Origin: Mycobacterium leprae TN | GTDB taxonomy: Bacteria > Actinomycetota > Actinomycetes > Mycobacteriales > Mycobacteriaceae | Assembly: GCF_000195855.1 (NCBI RefSeq) | Contig: NC_002677.1 | Coordinates: 390,001 to 422,000, forward strand | DNA length: 32,000 nt | Reading direction: 5' to 3' | Shown: piece by piece, positions 25,215 through 32,000 of the stretch | Numbering within the stretch: position 1 is the stretch's first letter | How the letters are laid out: every line of letters begins with the position of its first letter | Made by a program: the position numbers and the translations under genes | Notes under the pieces: model-generated | Database searches by the model: none | What the model saw: only the letters and a program-made list of their open reading frames with translations | Told to the model about the DNA's origin: nothing

Positions 25215-25269
25215 TCGGAAAGTCTTTGCGGTCAGGCGGGAATCCCGCCTGACCGCAAAGACTTTCCGA
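25215..25269. repeat. Perfect 55-bp palindrome (27-bp arms around a single central base)
   Basis: TCGGAAAGTCTTTGCGGTCAGGCGGGA-A-TCCCGCCTGACCGCAAAGACTTTCCGA. Arms checked base by base. Confidence 0.97.
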
Positions 25270-28200
25270 GATCCTCTAAACCAGCTGTGTGACAGGTACA
25301 GGGCTTGGTCTATCAGAGTGTGTCTGTGCGAGGTTTGCATAAGTCAGATACACCACGACCTGGGTGTTCTCGATGCTTCCGCCGGTTCCGGTAGACTAAT
25401 GTTACTCTCTCAACAGAGTGTAACATTCTTGATGTTGCCTGTTTCGTCAACTATCAGAATTGCGCCGGAGTCACCGAAGGCATTGACGATTTTAGTCGCG
25501 CCGATCATCTTGAACTGTCCCAGTGTCCCATTTCGCCTGAGCCAGGCCGATGCTGCAAACCATCCGATAGCAATTTTTGCGATCCAGACCCTACACCATC
25601 CCAAGCATCAACTCACTGGCGTGGCGCAGTGATTTGTAGTGAGCGAACCACGGCGCGATCCGATCGAGAACTCCGTTAACCATCGATCTAGAGTCTACGC
25701 TGTGAACAGCGGCAGATTCAGATGTGCGCACAAACCTAGAACAATGACCTCGGTCACCGTTCCTACCAGTGGCTGGTACGACAGAGCGCTACCATCCCGA
25801 ACTACGGCCGCAATGCAGGGGGGCAAATATATCTCTTTCAGATCAGGGTACGTGCATCCTAGTTCGACGATTTCTCCGGTTAGGCGAGTTCGTGTAGTAT
25901 TGCTCTCAAATCCCGCGCTCGATATAAAAGATGCTTAAATATGTTGCGTGTGAACCGAATCTTGGCCATGCCATCCAAATTGTCGGTCAAAAACAACAGG
26001 TCGGCGACTGCCGCGTTCTGGAATGTTCCGGTCGAGGTCATACTCAGTTTGCCTGCGTCGATGGCGTGATCTCTGTCGTTTCAGCCGTCCACGTTGACCG
26101 TAGCCGCGACGTCGCCCACATGTATCGACGCACCAATGCTTCAATGCCTCGAACAGGTCTAAGTGCTGGCTGAAGAACTTGTGTAAGCCGAGTTTTACGA
26201 CGACATCGACACGGGAATCGTCCTGGATCGGGTCGGGGGCGGGGCCCGTTAGCACGACTTTGAGCTGGTCAGGTGTGGTGATTTATACCGTGATGCTGTC
26301 GATGGCGAAGACATCGTCCGAGCTGCCAAGGTTTTTTTGCCGTCAACGAGGTCATGTGTGGCTCATATCAGATTCGGGACAGTGCGCAGAAGACAGTGTC
26401 GGCATACAGAGGATTGCACCTGTGTCCAACCTCCAAAATTAGTAGCGCCATATGGTATGTACCGGTTTACCGATACATCCTCAGGGACCAGCGACCTCAG
26501 CAGCAGGGGCACCACGGCATCCGGTCGCTGCAGGAGGCCTGCCTCGCCATCCAGGCTAGGGTATCTCATTTGGCGTTTTCGGCTTGATTGTGGGGAAACA
26601 TAGCCAATGCATTGGACTCATACATACGGCTATCGATTGATACGGGTACACCAAATCCTCCATGGATTGGCTCCAGTATGCCTGCCAACCCTGATCCGTG
26701 ATCACGGTGTCACCTTGCTAAATAATAGATAATACAGCTTATTTCATACAGAGGTGTCGGTCCCCAGTTTCTGCAGGGGGCCAACATAACCTGACTGGTC
26801 TCCGGCATGAGCCAATATCACTGGGTAGTTATACATAATCTGCGACGTTACAAAACCTTTCAGATTCCGATGTAGCTCGACACAGCAGCGGCATCGTCTG
26901 CCACATAAATACCTGTAGCCTCATCCAAATTCGCCTGCACGATGTCCAACAATGCATTAACCTTTGTATAGCTGCCTACACTATCCCGGCATGAGCGCCT
27001 TGGCAAGGCGCAACAGCCTCCCCGGATGGAAAAGGTCAATATCGCCAACGCTGACTGCCTAGCAGCCACAAAATTATGTGCTGTATCAACCCTACCTTTA
27101 CTGCAAACACCGATTGCGACGTCACCAACTGCGGAATATGGGCATCCGCCAAAAACTCATTATGCTCTTCTCGTTTTCGATATTCTAGTTGTTAACTATC
27201 GGGTCAATCACACTGATCTACGCCTGTTACCGCACTGTAACAACCATATCCGGTGACCACATAGCCGGCATGATCGACACCCGCGGACTGCCACCGAAAA
27301 ATAACTACTTCAGACCGTCAGTCCAAAAGGGCACCCAACCTACTCGTTATCAGCGCGGTCCCAGCCAATCCCAACGTGCCGCCACACCGATCACAAACCA
27401 CCACAGACTCCGACACACTCAATATGGAGCCGACACCAAGTTTGCCCCTATGGCGCCACCGCAGACGACTCATCGACACCATAGCTACCTAAGAAGCGTG
27501 CGGTATGAGACGACGCGTCTGGTGTCTCTACACCGACTTTGATAGCCTTCATCCCCATCCTCGACTGGTAGTCGAGGATGGCTACTCGCCAATGCTGATC
27601 GGCAACGAAGTCGACAAAGCAATCGTCATCCCAATAACTTAGTTTTGCCAACAAAATGGCGTAGTGACCGCGCGGAACGGTAGAGGACAAGAGGATTCCG
27701 ACGAGCGCGAGGGCGCTTGTCTCTAACACGATTACTAACGGTAGGATGGGCGCGGTTATGATCACGTATGCGCCGATTGGAAACAGCAATTCGAACAATA
27801 TCGCAGGTGGCTAGGCAATAGCACACCTAGGGCGGTCGCCGATTGTCGACGCGGGGGCAAGAACGTTGGTTGCGTTACCGGAGTTTTTGCACCGTGGTGG
27901 TGCCGGTGTAGCCCGTGGTTTCGATGCCGTTACCGAACCCAATGCTGTCAAACGCTCATTGTGGTCGTTGTCTGAATCCACATCCGCACATAATCGGACT
28001 CATTTACGGCGATCGGGATCGCTTAATAACAAAGAAATTCGCCCCTAACGGCATTGCATGAGCGGCTCGTTGGGCCTTAAGCCGGCATTTCGGCGAGCGT
28101 AGCTTAATACGCTCCAGTTGCTGCTTCAAGTTGGGTAGCAACTTGCGTGCAGTTGGCGCTAATCTTTGTCGCACAGGCCAGATGCGGGTCATGTGCGGCC

Positions 28201-29779
28201 ACATAGCTCACGGCGTGAGGCTCCTCCCACGCACCAGCTGACAACTCAACCAACATCTCAACCAAGATCGCAGTGTTGGGAGTTCTCTTGTTGCCCAAGA
28301 ATATTCGTCACTTAGCGAGGTCCATACCGCCGCCAACAAAGAACCAGTACCCTGACCTGCACTGAGCAATGTCTAAATGTACCTACGGTGGCACGGCCAA
28401 CCAACTCGGAACCGGTACGGATTTCGTAAACCGGTTAACTGTCAAATCAACGACTACGCGGCCGGCCGCATCACCGGCGGCATGACTAGCAGAAGACTGC
28501 GCCACACCGACTCCAGAATAGCCCAACTGTTCGACCCCTTGAGTCGCCACCACGGCATGTTCATGTTAGCTACTCGAAGCACTTAACTCAACCGTGGTAC
28601 GCACTGACATCGGGTTCGCCGCCGGCGGCACCGCCGCCGTAATTATCGGCACCGCAGCAGCTAAACCCTCCGGAATCACCCGCAGTATAAATAACAACCC
28701 TACTCTTCTGTGCACCCATCGTACTGACCAAAGGAATTCATTTAGAACTTGATGTAACTGAAGTGACCACCCCGCAGGTATTTACTTGCGTATCCATATC
28801 CAGTTGAGGTTGCGGCGGATCGCGTCGAGATACATTAGGTCGGATGTCGCCATCAGTCACGATCAAACCGTTACCTCCTCACAGTGTTGTTGGCAGCAAC
28901 GGTAGGGTGACACCCAGACGACCAATATCGGGCACATGGGGGATTTATATACGGACCGAACTGCGTACAACACGCTGTTGCGTACGCGGTAGCCACGACC
29001 AGATTTGACATTATTCACACACAGTACTATTCGATAGCACTTTGCACTTAACACAGCCCGGATTGGTGCGGATTAACAATGTTAGACATAGATTTCGGTG
29101 AAGTGTGGGATTTTCTCAATTAGCACGGCCAACCCTTGCATTTGAGCTTTCTGCGGAACTGGGTCCCACAGCGGATAATTGCATTTTCGACGGAACCGGC
29201 CAGAGTATAGCCATTACGGCCGACAACAATCACGTTGACAACCATGATGAAATCGCCATAAAGCCGGCCTGATTTCCTACTGGCGGACATCGGTACCGCA
29301 CACGAAAAGGTGGGATGAATTAGCCATGTTGCTTGTATAGCGTCACCTACCGTTGGATTATCCTTTGTCAGATTCAAGGCCGCGTCCAAAACGTGGTATT
29401 CACCCAAAAGGGCTTTGACTCCAGGACCATTTTACCTACATTACGGCGTGTGACTTTCAGGAGCGCAGGATTGTCCTCTTAATCGGGTCTTCCTCGCCGA
29501 CTTTGGTTTCGTCAGTTATGTCGACCAGCTACTAGTCAAGAGAGATTGTGACCGTAGCCGTTGTACCGAGTACACTGGTAATCTGACTGTCGTGAAGACT
29601 ATTGCGTCGGTGTTCACGATAGCGTGATTCATCGTCGCTGTCCGATGAACCCTCGCAACTGAGGCTACTACGTAGTTTTTTGTAATTTTTCCGGTTTGGG
29701 TTTGGGTGACAATCGTACGCTTTCGTTTTTGTGCACAATTTAGCTATCTTGTCAACGGCTGCGAGGTCCACCGTGCGGC

Positions 29780-30110
29780 ATGTGGGAGTCTGCTCGTCTA
29801 TCGGTCGTTGTCCTGATAGCACTGTGTTTTAGTTGGTTCTAATTGTGCGGTTGTTGGGCTTTGAACTGCTTGGCCGCGTCCGCAATGCTTGGGAAAACGG
29901 GTTCTTGTGGGTCGCTTTGGTGACGGGGTTCTGGACGTGGCTGCCACCCTCCCCAGTTCTGCTAGTACTCACTATCATTTTGGCATTGGGAGCCGGGCTT
30001 TATCGTCGAGTGGATTCTCTTGGTGGTGGCTGGGGGCCCAGATTGTGTTGAGCATACGCTACCCGCTGACGTCGTTATCCGAAATAAACCAACCTGGTTT
30101 GAAATGATCG
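29780..30110 (+). pseudogene. GAP-family (Sap/peptidoglycolipid-addressing-like) membrane protein remnant
   Basis: Start MWESARLSVVVLIALCFS, then after a stop and frameshift LIVRLLGFELLGRVRNAWENGFLWVALVTGFWTWLPPSPVLLVLTIILALGAG, which resembles the LRNAWENGSLWVA..G.GSGPPP..VLFVLAIIVASGA signature of mycobacterial GAP proteins as remembered. Frameshifted and shortened. Confidence 0.5.
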
Positions 30111-31149
30111 ATGGACAGGTCCGCCCGAAGGGCCAAGGCGGTAATCGTCTCAACCGAACTGCAGGACGGTACCAGTCTTCAAAGCGCACGGTCCTAGTAA
30201 GAATCAGGCCATGGCGTGGCTGGTCTTTCGATCGCAGCCAACGATCAAGTTCGGGATCCGTAATCCGATGACGCATTCGTTGATATACTGTCCGATTGGT
30301 CCTACACGATGTTATCATTGGAGATAATATTTGTTCCGTCAACATTCCCGATGGCAAAATGGATTGTTGCACAACAAAACCGAGATGCATAGGATGGTTT
30401 ACCGATAAATTTGTATATTTGATTCTGTGTATTCGGTTCGATCGTGATTCGCTGTCCCCAAACCATTTAGTTTGTTGAGCGGTGTGCATGTCGAATCTCT
30501 TCATCAGCATCCGTTTCGAATTCTCGCTAGTTTGCTGATGTGTCAGCCAGAGCAGTCGATTGCGGCTTCGACGGCTGTGTAGATTGCGCGCATTGTGCGT
30601 TTCGGCGAGGTGGCCGGCCAAGCCGAGTGACCAATACCGCGACCGAGACACTCTCGACTGAGTCCAAATTCACCGCGGAACGGCGCTGGATCAGGTCGGA
30701 ACCGGGTCAAGAACTACCTCGTTAGCCAACCCTCGGATGATCTATGGTGTAAGGTGCGACGAGTGCGCGCCGAATTCGGGGGATCGCCGCATCGCATGAG
30801 AACACAACGACTTGAGATGGCCAATCTCGGCCATCTCACACCACCACACTTCTCCATGTGCTGGAAGCGCGTTAACGAGTCTGCAGCCGTCCGTCGCCAC
30901 GGTGCCCAGTTGCCCCATTCGTCAGGCTCATTGACTGGGTGCTTGTTGTAGGCCGCGTCGCTCGCATCCACCTCGGTCGATCGATAACGAGTAAAGTAAT
31001 GCTCCAAGAGCCTTATTGATCAGAGTTGTGTCTGCTCATCCTAGCCTGCCCCCTTCCATTGGTCGACCAGCCCGGCGGCGATGTCCGGCAGCTGCCGTGC
31101 GCGGTATAGCCCCTGCCAGGGCCGGCAGGGGCACGGTACACATACACAG

Positions 31150-32000
31150 TCCGATACGGGTGTACTCGCCGTCGGCTGGCCTGGATATTCTGCTGAGGCG
31201 CGGCGTGCTGAGCCCCAGCAGAATATCCAGTGAACCAACATAGGTCAGGTTGGGGGCCCGACTGGTGACCTCGATCAGCCCATCACCAGGATGGCGTAGG
31301 TCCGCTGGCCGCGACTAGCGGCAGCAACCTAACCAGCGTCGCGGGCAGATTGTCGACGGCGTTGGCCAACACAGCGGTCACCGCGGCGATCGGGAACAAT
31401 GCCGGCAGTCCGCAACCGGGACGGCAGCAGTGCGGACATGGCGCTGTTCATTCCGTTGATAATGACTGCTTACACCGCGATGCCCAAGCGCCAGCACGAA
31501 CAACAGGAACGACAGATCCATCGAACGCACGATCTCGGCCGCCGACATGTGTCGACGGTTGAAACTGCGAAGCGCCAACACCGAAGCGCCGGCCAGTATA
31601 CCAGTGTAACCAGGCCGAGACCTCCATAGATTCCGAGGACCACGAACCCGGCACGCATAAGCGGCCGCCGCCAAGACAAACTACCGGTGGCCACGGCTCG
31701 AGCCTGACTTGCTTAGAGTTGGGCGGCACACGCAGATCATTGGCGAAAACCAGCGAAATACCAGGCACACTGCGGCTACCGCGGTAAGCCACAGCACCGC
31801 TATCAGCGGGGTGAATTTGGTTGATGAAGTATTAGCGAGGTAGAAAGCCAACAAGTTGGTCAGATTCGACACCGGAAGAAGCGGCGAGGCGGCATTGGCC
31901 AGATGGACGGTGGTGTAGGCGTATGGTTGCGTCGGGGTTCGTAGTCGGCGCACGGTCGCTAACACCAGTGGGGTCAATAAGATTACCGTGGTGTCCAGGC
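31150..32000 (-). pseudogene. arsB2: ArsB2-type arsenical pump/anion permease pseudogene (Rv3578-like), 5' end beyond the window
   Basis: Minus-strand fragments LGNAASPLLPVSNLTNLLAFYLA, MSAAEIVRSMDLSFLLFVLALG, VLANAVDNLPATLV and LTYVGSL, with frameshifts. Neighbour of the SpoU gene as in the Rv3579c-Rv3578 pair. Confidence 0.82.
31181..31230. repeat. Inverted repeat with 15-bp perfect arms and 20-nt spacer near the 3' end of the arsB2 pseudogene
   Basis: CTGGATATTCTGCTG (31181-31195) and CAGCAGAATATCCAG (31216-31230). Confidence 0.93.

Overview
The gene content identifies this as chromosomal DNA of Mycobacterium leprae: a few intact genes sit among heavily decayed pseudogenes. Intact genes, left to right: a SAM-methyltransferase-like ORF (4448-5161 +), pssA (7046-7948 -), psd (7945-8676 -), an alpha/beta-hydrolase esterase (10771-11868 -), a short-chain dehydrogenase (13698-14612 -) divergent from a TetR regulator (14707-15309 +), groEL2 (15518-17143 +) with two tandem CIRCE operators and a strong intrinsic terminator, lpqE (19442-19993 -), carD, ispD, ispF, cysS and rlmB/spoU (20363-24463 +). 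Recognisable pseudogenes: Rv0435c-type AAA ATPase, moeA2, an internally deleted SDR paralogue, radA (3' truncated), arsB2 and probably a GAP-family membrane protein. A copy of the M. leprae dispersed repeat RLEP lies between groEL2 and radA, exactly where Rv0435c-Rv0440-type gene order changes to Rv3585-Rv3578-type order. The ~6.7 kb between rlmB and arsB2 (24.47-31.15 kb) is largely unassigned decayed DNA and holds a perfect 55-bp palindrome. I found no convincing defence system, CRISPR array or novel multi-gene system. The best leads are the rearrangement junction, the 55-bp palindrome, the double CIRCE, the orphan methyltransferase ORF and the unassigned 6.7-kb segment.
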